64,000 nucleotides of DNA from Monocercomonoides exilis PA203 (taxonomy: Eukaryota; Protista; Preaxostyla): contig LSRY02000016.1 of NCBI GenBank assembly GCA_001643675.2, forward strand, positions 1,671,696-1,735,695, given 5' to 3'. Shown here piece by piece: positions 44,395 to 55,309 of the stretch. A program made the translations under genes and the position numbers. Below the pieces are notes generated by a model, which was not told the origin of the DNA, did no database searches, and was given only the letters and a program-made list of their open reading frames with translations. Every line of letters starts with the position of its first letter. Positions within the stretch are counted from its first letter, which is position 1.

Positions 44395-47300
44395 TCTGTT
44401 TGTTGAAAAATAGTTACCATTGAGTGCAAAACTTTGTATAAAATAAACAATCGACAAACACAAACATGCCTGATTATCTTGCAAAATTAAACACTGACAA
44501 TTTCAATACAATTTCTTTCCTTTATAAACAAACTGAAATAAATAGAATATTCTCCAAAGCAAAAGATCTCGGCTGGGAAATGTCAGAAAGACAAATGATT
44601 TGTATCTCTTTGATCAAGCCAACATAAAATAATAATCTTGAGAAAAGTTTTTAATTTTGAGACATTGAGTTTCATGAATCGGATTTCTACGGATTTCAGA
44701 GATGACCTATTTCCTGATGTTTTATAGGAGTTTCAAAGAAGAGTATAATGAATCAAGCGGGTGCGATTCTTGAAGAGAAATGAATTATGAAACAAAAAAG
44801 CAAAAAGAATTGCAATACAAAGCAAAAATCAGTCCAACAGAAGAAGGAAATTACAAAACGATTTCGGCAATATATTTATGAGAAATGAAAATTATTGAAG
44901 GCCATTCTCCAACATCAAGGATGGCAAGGCAAATGATTTGTGGAAAAGCATCAATGAATGATTATACCAATTATCTTTGGGATTAATCAAACGCCTCGGA
45001 AGTTGAAAAGCCATTTGGCTTCAATCGAACGATGATTGGATGAGGAATGTTGCAAAGGCAACTGCATCAGAATCACATTCATGAAGCACAAAAATTCAAC
45101 AACTCCTTTAATTGTTCATCAAAAACCTAGAAGAAATGAATCAGAAAATTCTTCTGCTCAACCAAGAGAATAAGATGGTGATTACGGGTTTGAATTCATC
45201 ATCCGAATATGCTTTTTGCGCACACTTTTTTTTTTTCTTGGAGCAATCGGATTCTCTTCGTTGGACTTCAATGACTGCCACATCAAATTCCAATGACCAG
45301 TGAAAATGAATAGACATCCTTTTGAATTACTCTTTGATCCCTCCTTTTTATTTTTTAACAATGAACAGAGCAGTCATTAGAAGAAAAACACATTTCCACC
45401 GTCATTTCTCATCTGATTCTATCAAAATGTTTCATCAGCAGCAATGCTATCTTCTCCAAGAGCATATTTGATCTCTCGAGTTGTTCAACTTTTGAGATCT
45501 TAAAAACAATAACATTCTCAGTATTCACAATAACAACTATTCACATCCATTTCAGTGTGTTCAATATCTGTTCTTCTGTTGGATGCACTGATAGAAAGAA
45601 GCCTTCAAGTCTCTCTGTTAAAAATTCAATCATTTGCGATGACTAAATGAAGACTTCACGTACTGCAGACGGAACTTCCTGCAGACATGATGGGGTACCT
45701 CAATCAGCATTTCATAACCATCAATGAATATCAGTCGTCGAATCGCTCGGTATCATCATTTTCTTCTCTTTGAGTCTTCATCTGTGCTATCAACCTCATT
45801 TGGAGCATTTTCCCAATCTTATTCGCTATTCAGGCGATTGAGAAGCGAAGAAAGGAAGGCAGCAGAAGATGAACAGTCATCACCTTCTTCATAATCAGCG
45901 CCTCCAATCAGCCCTTCTGATGTGTCGGAGGCCGCGACATCAAAAGAGTCAGCATTTGAAACGGATGATGTCGGGCAGTGGATGAGGGCAGTGACACTTG
46001 AAGCAGCTGGGGTACATGTATGATACTTGACGCTATCGCTGCTGCTACATTGTTACCGTATTCTGCGTGTTAAACAGCTCACCTTCTATGCAATGAAATG
46101 CCTCGATCTCCAATTCCTTTGTATTCTTGCTTTTCATCATCGTCATCCTCATTATCTTTTTCGTGTTCGTATTCGTCTTCATCTTTTTCTTTGAGTTTAC
46201 CAAATATTTCTTCTTCCTGTTCTTCTTCTTTTTCTTCTTCTTGTTCTTGTTCTTGTTCTTGTTCTTGTTCTTCTTCTTCTTCTTGTTCTTGTTCTTCTTC
46301 TTCTTCTTTTGCTTCTGCTTTTTCCATTTCATCTTCTTCACCACCCCACAGCCACAACTTCAATTCTCTGCCTTATAAACACATCGTTTTCGTCTTCATC
46401 GTATTCACATTCCACTCCTCCTTTGCATCTTCCTTCTCTTCCTTCTCTTCCTTCTCTTCCTTCTCTTTTAACCTCATTCCATCCACCAGACATTTACAAC
46501 TGCCTCTCTCATCTTCCTTCTTCCTTCTTCCTTCTTCCTTTTTTCTTTTTTTCATTTTTTTTCTTCCTTTTCCATCTTCCAACCTATCATTCACATCGAA
46601 AGTGAAGACTTGTAGAGCGTTCGCTTTCGTGTGTGGAAGGGGAATGAGCAGATTCTGTCATTCTGCTCTTCTGATGAGCTGCTCACTAAAGATGCAGCAA
46701 TTGAGTGCTATCTGCAAATTCCTCACAAACATCAACAAAAATGCATTCAACAACAATTTCTTTGCAACTCTTTTATGCTTGGGATGGTTGTGGAGCTGAT
46801 GAGATTTGATTCATATTTTTCATTCTCTTTAATACCAACATTTGTTCATATATTCATAATATTTTCCAATTATCATCTTAAAATATTCAGGTGATATGAA
46901 TTATTATTCCGAAAAATAAAAATTAATAATTTTTTCATATTTTTGATTCTGTTAACACAAAGAAACTCAATTTTAGTTCTTCAAGCAATTACCCACGGCT
47001 TCTTTGTGAACTTCTCAAGCGACAGTGATGAAGACGTTCGGCTTCTTCAGCTCAATCCGATCGTTCTTCTGTTTGTATTCACAATCAATCTTGTTTTCTC
47101 TTCGTCCTGTATGAACCTCGAGGCAGTGCTTCTTGTATTCTACATTTGTTCATGGACAGTTTCACAGACATGCACACTCCTTTGGCCGAGGTGTGTGTAT
47201 TCTCTCTGCCTGATTGCATTGACAGATACACAGCGTGCAATGGCACGCGCAAAGGGAGCTGAGGAATATGAGGATGTTTAGCAGAGCAGCAGAGGAGCGA

Positions 47301-48076
47301 CCAAGGATGGTGGTTGAGGAAAGGCGAGTTGAGGTGATTGTGCTGTTACTGAAAAGCGGAAGACATCTGAGCGTTATTTAAGAGACTATGGACATGCTAC
47401 TTGCACTGTTTGGGCAGCACATGAAGAAATGGAACAATCGAGGCAATTTGAAATTTCGTTCTGGCAAACAAACAAAGATTTTGAATACCTTTCAGAAAAC
47501 TGAGCAGCAGCAAGTTTGGCTGAACTTTCGCAGGAAAAATATAAAAGAGTGAGGATGCTATCTTCTTGTTTGCCAAAGGAATACTTACCACTTGCAGATA
47601 AAGATGTTACGACAGAAGAAAAAGAAGAAAAAGAAAAAGAAGCAGACTGTTCCAATGGACATAACTGTGATAATGCAGGAAGTACTATCAACTGAAAGTT
47701 GTAAACAAAGAAACCGACTTGAATGCCGGGGAAGAGTGGGAAACATGTGATTCTTCGATTTATGGAAATACAGAAACATCATTGTTAAAAAATTTCTCTC
47801 CAAAGACACCGATTTATCAGACTTTGGATGCATTTTCGCTCAACTCTTTCGGAGTGTTTGCTTCAAACAAAAGAAAATACATTTCATTCATTCATCCTCG
47901 CCTCCTCCTCCTTCATTCATTCTCCAACCAGTTTTCTAGTTAGCTATCAACGATGCTTCAAAGAGAAGTTATTTAACCACTTTTAGTTCCATCCATCTTT
48001 TCAAACAATCATCAATCTTTCAATAGTTTTTCTGCTATTTTGATGGGATCTACAGCCTCAGACACATCGCATTATT

Positions 48077-48601
48077 TCAACCGAAAAGGCAACAGATTCT
48101 TTTGTAACCCTCCATCATCTTGTTGATCAGCAGCTCTAGCGCCTTCAACCTCAGGCACTCTTTTTTATTAAAATCTTCATCATCCTCAAATACCGATGAA
48201 GGAGGAGGTGATTTTGTGAATCTCTCGCTCTTCACAGAAACATCAGAGGAAGATGTGATAATGGTGGAGGCTGAAGAGACAGATGAAGTGTCAGAGTCTG
48301 ACGAGCAGTCGGAGTGGAGAGCAATGCAGATGACCATGTGTTCTGAGAACAGCACAATGTGGGGACTGAGATTGGCCAAAGAGGAAAGCTCATTTTCCAT
48401 TTCGTCAAAGGAGTGGAGCGCAAGATTGGCCACCCAGAACAGGATCTGAGCAGCTGTCTGCTCCCGCTCCTTCAAGGAACCAATCGCCATTTCTTTCTTT
48501 GCATTCCTTCCATGAAGCAACATAAACAGCGAATCCCTCAAGTCTACAATCAACTTCTCATGGGGAGACGAACACGCCATCACATCCACCAGATTCGACA
48601 T
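48077..48601 (-). CDS. Hypothetical protein or pseudogene fragment (174 aa)
   Basis: ATG-initiated ORF with protein-like composition and raised GC. No recognisable motif. Confidence 0.3.
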   Translation of the reverse strand: MSNLVDVMACSSPHEKLIVDLRDSLFMLLHGRNAKKEMAIGSLKEREQTAAQILFWVANLALHSFDEMENELSSLANLSPHIVLFSEHMVICIALHSDCSSDSDTSSVSSASTIITSSSDVSVKSERFTKSPPPSSVFEDDEDFNKKECLRLKALELLINKMMEGYKRICCLFG

Positions 48602-49673
48602 GGCAAGACGCTACTTTAAAGGCACCAGATTTTTTTGTTAAATCCATGAATAAATAGCTAAAAAATACAATGTTAAGATATTATAAATATATTCGGTTTA
48701 TAATAACCAATTGATCAAAACAAAAAATGATAGAATGGTCTTATTAAAAAAATCTTAAATTTTTCGAGACTTTTTTCAAACTTCATTTAAATACTAAACT
48801 TGAGCTTTTTGCAACCCAAACAACTGCATATAGCAATAAAATTCAAATTTAAAAACCAAAAAATGTCTTTTTATTGTTATTTAATTAATTCTCCAAAAAA
48901 AAATTACTCAAAATTTCAATGAGGGGACAGTTGTTTTTGAGAACGAAAACCCAAAAATATAAAAATGATAACTTAAACATATAGTCAACACCAAAGAGTG
49001 TTGATGAAAGTTCACTCGAAAACAATTAGCATTTTCATAAAGCTCGTTTTTAATTTTTTAGGTACCCTTTAAGTAGCCTTATGCCAAGATTTTGAAGGCA
49101 AAGGAGATCTTTTTTTAAATTCTTGTTCTTTATCATCCTCCTCTTCTTCCACTTTCTCTAAATTACAGTTTGAGGAAGATTGCTAATAATATTTCAATAT
49201 CAACCGCTTATCTCGCTTCTTGCCTTTTTCCGATTTCTTGACTGATTTTATGCAAGAAAAAATCGACTCAAAAATTTCAGTTAATATTGTGAAATGCAAA
49301 TGAATGGAAAAAAATAGTTTTATCTGAATCAATCAACTCAGGTCTATGGAAGTTATTACAAAAAAGAAAACAGACTAGTATGACAAATCTTAGAAGTCAA
49401 AAATTCAAAGAATGAAATGATACACATATTTGGACAGAAGATATCAAAACAACAAAAAAACAAAGGCAGAAGTTAAAAAAGAATGGTTTTTGAAGCATGT
49501 CCAAATATCCATGAAAAGAGTGAAAATCTTTTCAAAAAAGAAAGAAAGAACTTTCCAATGAAATACATTTCATCTCATGAATGTCAAAGGTTTTTGTTCA
49601 GACATGCTGTGAAATGTTGATTCGTTTAAGCTCAGTAAACGAATTTCAGCTCCTAAGAAATGCTCTTTCGCAA

Positions 49674-52600
49674 TTATGTTGAATTATCAGTCTTCATCCA
49701 TTCTGGTGGATCAGTTATCAAATTGTTTTTCCAATAATCAACCATCGCGTCACCATCCTTATCGCGAATCATGATGCCATGTCTCATCCATTCCGGCGGT
49801 TCTGTATTCACACCTTGAATCCAGTGCATGGCCATTGTACTTCCATATTTATTACATAGCGTTATTCCGTGCCTCATCCATTCTGGTGGCTCTGTTTTAA
49901 CATTAGCAATCCAGTACATGGCCATTGTGCTTCCATATTTATTACATAGCGTTATTCCGTGCCTCATCCATTCTGGTGGATCTGTTTTAACATATGCAAT
50001 CCAGTACATGGCCATTGTGTTTCCTTTTTTATCGCGAATCATGATGTCGTGTCTCATCCACTCTGGTGGCTCTGCTTTGACATTCACAATCCACTGCATA
50101 GCCATTGTGCTTCCTTTTTTATCGCTAATTGCTGTGTCATGTCTCATCCATTCCGGCGGTTCTTTCTTCGCATTCTCTATCCACATCATTGCCATTGTTT
50201 CTCCACATTCATTGGTAAATGTGATATTGTGTCTCATCCATTCTGGTGGATCTGTTTTAACATATGCAATCCAGTACATGGCCATTGCCCAGCCGTCAAT
50301 ATCTTTGAGTGTTTTTTCATGTCTCATCCATTCCGGCGGTTCTGTCTTCACTTCTTTAATCCAGCGCATGGCCATTGTCATTCCAATTATATCTTTGAGT
50401 GATGTGTCATGTCTCATCCATTCTGGTGGGTCTGTTTTGACGTATTCAATCCAGCACATAGCCATTGTCTGTCCTTTCAAACCACATTTAATTGTTATAT
50501 CGTGTCTCATCCACTTTGGTGGCTCTGTCTTCACTTCTTGAATCCAGTGCATGGCCATTGTCATTCCAATTATATCTTTGAGTGATGTGTCATGTCTCAT
50601 CCATTCTGGTGGCTCTGTTTGAACAAATTGAATCCATATCATGGCAATTGTCATTCCAATAATACCTTTGAGTGATGCATCATGTCTCATCCATTTTGGT
50701 GGGTCTGTCTTTACATTTGTAATCCAGCGCATGGCCATTGTCATTCCAATAATATCTTTGAGTGATGTGTCATGTCTCATCCATTCTGGAGGGTCTGTTT
50801 GAACATAGTGAATCCATATCATAGCCATTGTTGATTCAAAATTGTTTCGAAGTGTAATGTCGTGTCTCATCCACTCTGGTGGCTCTGCTTTGACATTCAC
50901 AATCCACTGCATAGCCATTGTGCTTCCTTTTTTATCGCTAATTGCTGTGTCATGTCTCATCCATTCCGGCGGTTCTGTATTCACATTCTCTATCCAGTGC
51001 ATGGCCATTGTACTTCCATATTTATTACATAGCGTTATTCCGTGCCTCATCCATTCTGGTGGATCTGTTTTAACATATGCAATCCAGTACATGGCCATTG
51101 TGCTTCCATATTTATTACATAGCGTTATTCCGTGCCTCATCCATTCTGGTGGATCTGTTTTAACATATGCAATCCAGTACATGGCCATTGTGTTTCCTTT
51201 TTTATCGCGAATCATGATGTCGTGTCTCATCCACTCTGGTGGCTCTGCTTTGACATTCACAATCCACTGCATAGCCATTGTGCTTCCTTTTTTATCGCTA
51301 ATTGCTGTGTCATGTCTCATCCATTCCGGCGGTTCTTTCTTCGCATTCTCTATCCACATCATTGCCATTGTTTCTCCACATTCATTGGTAAATGTGATAT
51401 TGTGTCTCATCCATTCTGGTGGATCTGTTTTAACATATGCAATCCAGTACATGGCCATTGCCCAGCCGTCAATATCTTTGAGTGTTTTTTCATGTCTCAT
51501 CCATTCTGGTGGGTCTGTTTTGACAAACTTGATCCATACCATGGCCATTGTTTCTCCTTTCTTATTTCCAAGCGTTATGCTATGTCTCATCCATTCCGGC
51601 GGTTCTGTCTTCACTTCTTTAATCCAGAGCATGGCCATTGTCCAGCCGTCAATATCTTTGAATGTTTTTTCATGTCTCATCCATTCTGGTGGGTCTGTTT
51701 TGACGTATTCAATCCAGCGCATGGCCATTGTGTTTTCATCTTTATCTGCAAGAGTTATTCCATGCCGCATCCACTTAGGTGGTTCCTTTTTTGTCCAATA
51801 AATCCAAATCATTGCCATTGTTTGCTTTGCTTTATCACAAAAATTGTTGATATGCCTCATCCATTTTGGAGGTTCTGTTCGAACAAATATAATCCATTGC
51901 ATTGACATTGTCCACCCACTATTGTTACATATTGTTTCTTTGTGTCTCATCCATTCTGGTGGATCTGTTTTAGCATTCACAACCCACTTCATCGCCATTG
52001 TGTTTTCATCTTTATCTGCAAGTTCATTGCTATGTCTCATCCATTTTGGAGGGTCTGTTTTAACAGCACGAATCCATATCATGGCCATTGTTTCTCCTTT
52101 CTTATTTCCAAGCGTTATGCCATGTCTCATCCATTCAGATGGATCTGTCTTGACATTTACAATCCAATGCATTGCCATTGTTTCTCCGTTATTGTCAGCA
52201 AATGAAAGACAATGTCTCATCCATTCTGGTGGGTCTGTTTTGACAAACTTGATCCATACCATGGCCATTGTTTCTCCTTTCTTATTTCCAAGCGTTATGC
52301 TATGTCTCATCCATTCCGGCGGTTCTGTCTTCACTTCTTTAATCCAGAGCATGGCCATTGTCCAGCCGTCAATATCTTTGAATGTTTTTTCATGTCTCAT
52401 CCACTTTGGTGGCTCTGTCTTTACATTTGCAATCCAAAGCATTGCCATTGTTTGTCCTTTAAAATCAGAAATTGTTTCGTTGTGCCTCATCCACAAAAGT
52501 GGTTCTGCCTTATTCTTCACAATCCAGCTCATGGCCTCTGTTCTCCCGTAAATATCGCGAATTTTGTTATCATATACCATCCAATCAGGTATGCTTGTCT

Positions 52601-53519
52601 TCACATATTGGCTCCACAACATCATCATTGTTTGTCCTTTCATATCACAAAGTTTGTTATTATGTCTCATCCATTTCGGTGGATCTGTTTTAACAAATAT
52701 TATCCAAAGCATTGCCATTGTTTGCCCATTGTTGTTAAAAATAGCTTCGTTGTGTCTCATCCATTCAGGTGGATCTGTTTTTATATTCATGATCCATTGC
52801 ATAGCCATCGTTGATCCTTTTTTATCGCCAAGAGTTATACCATGTCTCATCCATTCCGGTGGTTCTGTTTTAACATTTGCAATCCAGTACATGTCCACTG
52901 TCCGTCCATCCTTATCGCAAATTGTAACACTGTGTCTCATCCATCTTGGTGGCTCTGTTTTGACGTATTCAATCCAGTGCATGGCAATTGTCCATCCATC
53001 TATATCAGTAAAATTTACTCCATGCCGCATCCATTTAGGTGGATCTGTCTTCACGTATTGAATCCAGTGCATGGCCATTGTACTTCCATATTTATTACAA
53101 AGAGTAATTTCATGTCTCATCCATTCTGGTGGTTCTGTGCGAACACAAGAAATCCAGTGCATGGCCATTGTGCTTCCATATTTATTACAAAGAGTAATTT
53201 CATGTCTCATCCATTCTGGTGGTTCTGTGCGAACACAAGAAATCCAGTGCATGGCCATTGTGCTTCCATATTTATTACATAGCGTTATTCCGTGCCTCAT
53301 CCATTCTGGTGGCTCTGTTTTAACATATGCAATCCAGTGCATGGCCATTGTCCATCCTTCCTCATCGGTAAAAGTTATTCTATGACGAATTTCTAATGGA
53401 GGATCTGTCTTTTTCTCAGCAATCCATAGCATTGCTTGTGTTTTTCCTTTTTCGTCCTTTAAATAGAGATCATTACTCGCATTTTGCACACTTGTTTTAC
53501 ATTCCATTCTGCCGCTCAC
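49674..53519 (-). CDS. Solenoid repeat protein: 42 tandem 30-aa ankyrin-like repeats (xxxxxDxxGxTMAMxWIxxVKT(E/D)PPEWMRH)
   Basis: Uninterrupted 1281-codon ORF with 90-bp periodicity. 42 units counted, one of 31 aa. The D-x-x-G-x-T-x-A-M start resembles the ankyrin DxxGxTxLH turn. First ATG at 53507; an upstream exon is possible. Confidence 0.9.
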   Translation of the reverse strand: MSGRMECKTSVQNASNDLYLKDEKGKTQAMLWIAEKKTDPPLEIRHRITFTDEEGWTMAMHWIAYVKTEPPEWMRHGITLCNKYGSTMAMHWISCVRTEPPEWMRHEITLCNKYGSTMAMHWISCVRTEPPEWMRHEITLCNKYGSTMAMHWIQYVKTDPPKWMRHGVNFTDIDGWTIAMHWIEYVKTEPPRWMRHSVTICDKDGRTVDMYWIANVKTEPPEWMRHGITLGDKKGSTMAMQWIMNIKTDPPEWMRHNEAIFNNNGQTMAMLWIIFVKTDPPKWMRHNNKLCDMKGQTMMMLWSQYVKTSIPDWMVYDNKIRDIYGRTEAMSWIVKNKAEPLLWMRHNETISDFKGQTMAMLWIANVKTEPPKWMRHEKTFKDIDGWTMAMLWIKEVKTEPPEWMRHSITLGNKKGETMAMVWIKFVKTDPPEWMRHCLSFADNNGETMAMHWIVNVKTDPSEWMRHGITLGNKKGETMAMIWIRAVKTDPPKWMRHSNELADKDENTMAMKWVVNAKTDPPEWMRHKETICNNSGWTMSMQWIIFVRTEPPKWMRHINNFCDKAKQTMAMIWIYWTKKEPPKWMRHGITLADKDENTMAMRWIEYVKTDPPEWMRHEKTFKDIDGWTMAMLWIKEVKTEPPEWMRHSITLGNKKGETMAMVWIKFVKTDPPEWMRHEKTLKDIDGWAMAMYWIAYVKTDPPEWMRHNITFTNECGETMAMMWIENAKKEPPEWMRHDTAISDKKGSTMAMQWIVNVKAEPPEWMRHDIMIRDKKGNTMAMYWIAYVKTDPPEWMRHGITLCNKYGSTMAMYWIAYVKTDPPEWMRHGITLCNKYGSTMAMHWIENVNTEPPEWMRHDTAISDKKGSTMAMQWIVNVKAEPPEWMRHDITLRNNFESTMAMIWIHYVQTDPPEWMRHDTSLKDIIGMTMAMRWITNVKTDPPKWMRHDASLKGIIGMTIAMIWIQFVQTEPPEWMRHDTSLKDIIGMTMAMHWIQEVKTEPPKWMRHDITIKCGLKGQTMAMCWIEYVKTDPPEWMRHDTSLKDIIGMTMAMRWIKEVKTEPPEWMRHEKTLKDIDGWAMAMYWIAYVKTDPPEWMRHNITFTNECGETMAMMWIENAKKEPPEWMRHDTAISDKKGSTMAMQWIVNVKAEPPEWMRHDIMIRDKKGNTMAMYWIAYVKTDPPEWMRHGITLCNKYGSTMAMYWIANVKTEPPEWMRHGITLCNKYGSTMAMHWIQGVNTEPPEWMRHGIMIRDKDGDAMVDYWKNNLITDPPEWMKTDNST

Positions 53520-53695
53520 TGTTTCGATTTTGCTGATTATTCTGTAATATATAAAGAGATAATGTCAATTGTTAAAATTACAAAGCTCTCAATATATATT
53601 ATGTATTTGATCACGAGAAAATATAATTTTTTGATATTGGAACTTAACTATTTTTATTAAAGAATTTCAATTTGAATACATTCAATAGACCTGTG

Positions 53696-53729
53696 TGACG
53701 CTTTTTTCCATTTTTGCAGCTGTCTGTCA

Positions 53730-53786
<57 letters not shown>

Positions 53787-54135
53787 AAAAATGAGAAATT
53801 ACAAAACGAAAACTTTTGAAATGAATATATACAAAAATTGTTAAAAAAAGATATCCAACACAGCCCTGGGTGACGTGCTGACTTCTGACGTGAACATTTG
53901 AAATTTTAACGGACGTGACAGATTTTTCCACGTCAGAAAAGAAAAACATTTTGTTGTTTTTATTATTCTAAATAATTCATATTTTAATTGAATATGATTT
54001 TTATTTCAATTTTTGAAACAAGAAAATTCATAAAATTTCTCATCAAAATTTCCATAACACAGTTTTCACTGATGAGTAAGCGGGAATCGGAATTTTGACA
54101 CGTCACTGTCGTCACAAGTCACTGAAGTCACATCC
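53696..54135. promoter_or_regulatory. Cluster of TGACGTG/GTCAC motifs around a 54-nt poly(A), upstream of the repeat gene
   Basis: TGACGTG at 53871 and 53886, GGACGTG at 53911, CACGTCA at 53929 and 54099, several GTCAC, and poly(A) at 53731-53784. Confidence 0.4.
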
Positions 54136-55309
54136 GGTCAGTTTGCGAAAAAGATAAAAGTTAGAAAAAAAGGACTGAACATTTTGGAAAAATATCAAGA
54201 ATGTTAGTTGTTGAAATTCTCTAATTGAAAAAACCATAACTTTTCATTTTTTTCACAGTTTTCTTAATATTGTGAAAAGAATAACCAATTCAAATTCCAA
54301 AAAGAATAAGAAGAATGCACAAAGAAGGACTGTTTCAATTTATTTCCTTTGAAGAAAAATACTCGCTTTTTTCTTTATTTAATTATTCATTGTTTAATTT
54401 TTCAAATTTTCCTTTAAGCTTAATATGAAATGACTTCGTTGGACGGAAAAATTAAAACATATTTCTTTCAAAAACAATATTTGGAAGTTTTCGAAAACGC
54501 ATCTGGGATCTTCAGCAACATGATGGATGATAATGGCTTTTTCAAAAAGAATACTGACACAAGTATCTAATTGGACTAAATGTGAAAAAAAACTGAAAAC
54601 CGACGATGGAAAATTTTTGTGCCGTTTGACGGTCCGAATTTATTGAGATTATTATTGAAAAAATTGGAAAAGCAGGAAAAAATTTCGAAAAGAAGAATTT
54701 AAAATCAAAATTTATGAAAACAATATATTTCACAAGACATGTGGGTAAATATTTTTGAAAAGTGAAATCAGATCAAAAATATGACTCATGGAAGTTAATT
54801 TTTTTACATTCCGTTTCCATCATTCTCATGAAAAAAATGTTTGTTTCACAATAATGTTTGTTGGTTCATAACAAACTTCTTTAAAAGAAGAAAATATTCC
54901 GAATCAAAAAATTATGTATCATATTTTTTGATCAAAATTAAAATATCAGTTTTTCCATGAAAAAGAGCATCATTTGATTGAACCACTTTGCAATTGTTTA
55001 TTAATAAAAAGTGCAAGGTATTTTTCGATTCTTTTTACGAAAAACTCTATTTTCAATGTTTATTCTAATTTTCATTTGTAAAGAATTATTCATTTGCATT
55101 ATGAGCCTGTTCTTAACACAAATGCGAAGATAGAACACACATATTCGATGCAACTGTTAATCGAATAACTTTAGTGGTTTCCATTTAATTTTAACAAATA
55201 AGTATTGTTTTTAATTTATAATTCAATCATGCTTTTTTTTATTGAATAGTTCGCAGTTGATAGCCAACATTTGCTTTTTCAATTTCATAATAGATAAAGA
55301 TATGATTTC

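Noticed and set aside
49828-53385. Plus-strand repetitive ORFs (CLIHSGGS, MSHPFWW), and the 90-bp array as a CRISPR-like locus
   Set aside because: These are antisense shadows of the repeat gene. The array keeps one open frame, its variable parts are homologous to each other, the context is eukaryotic, and there are no cas genes.
54069-54100. CTGATGAG as a hammerhead ribozyme core
   Set aside because: No stem II followed by GAAA and no compatible flanking stems.
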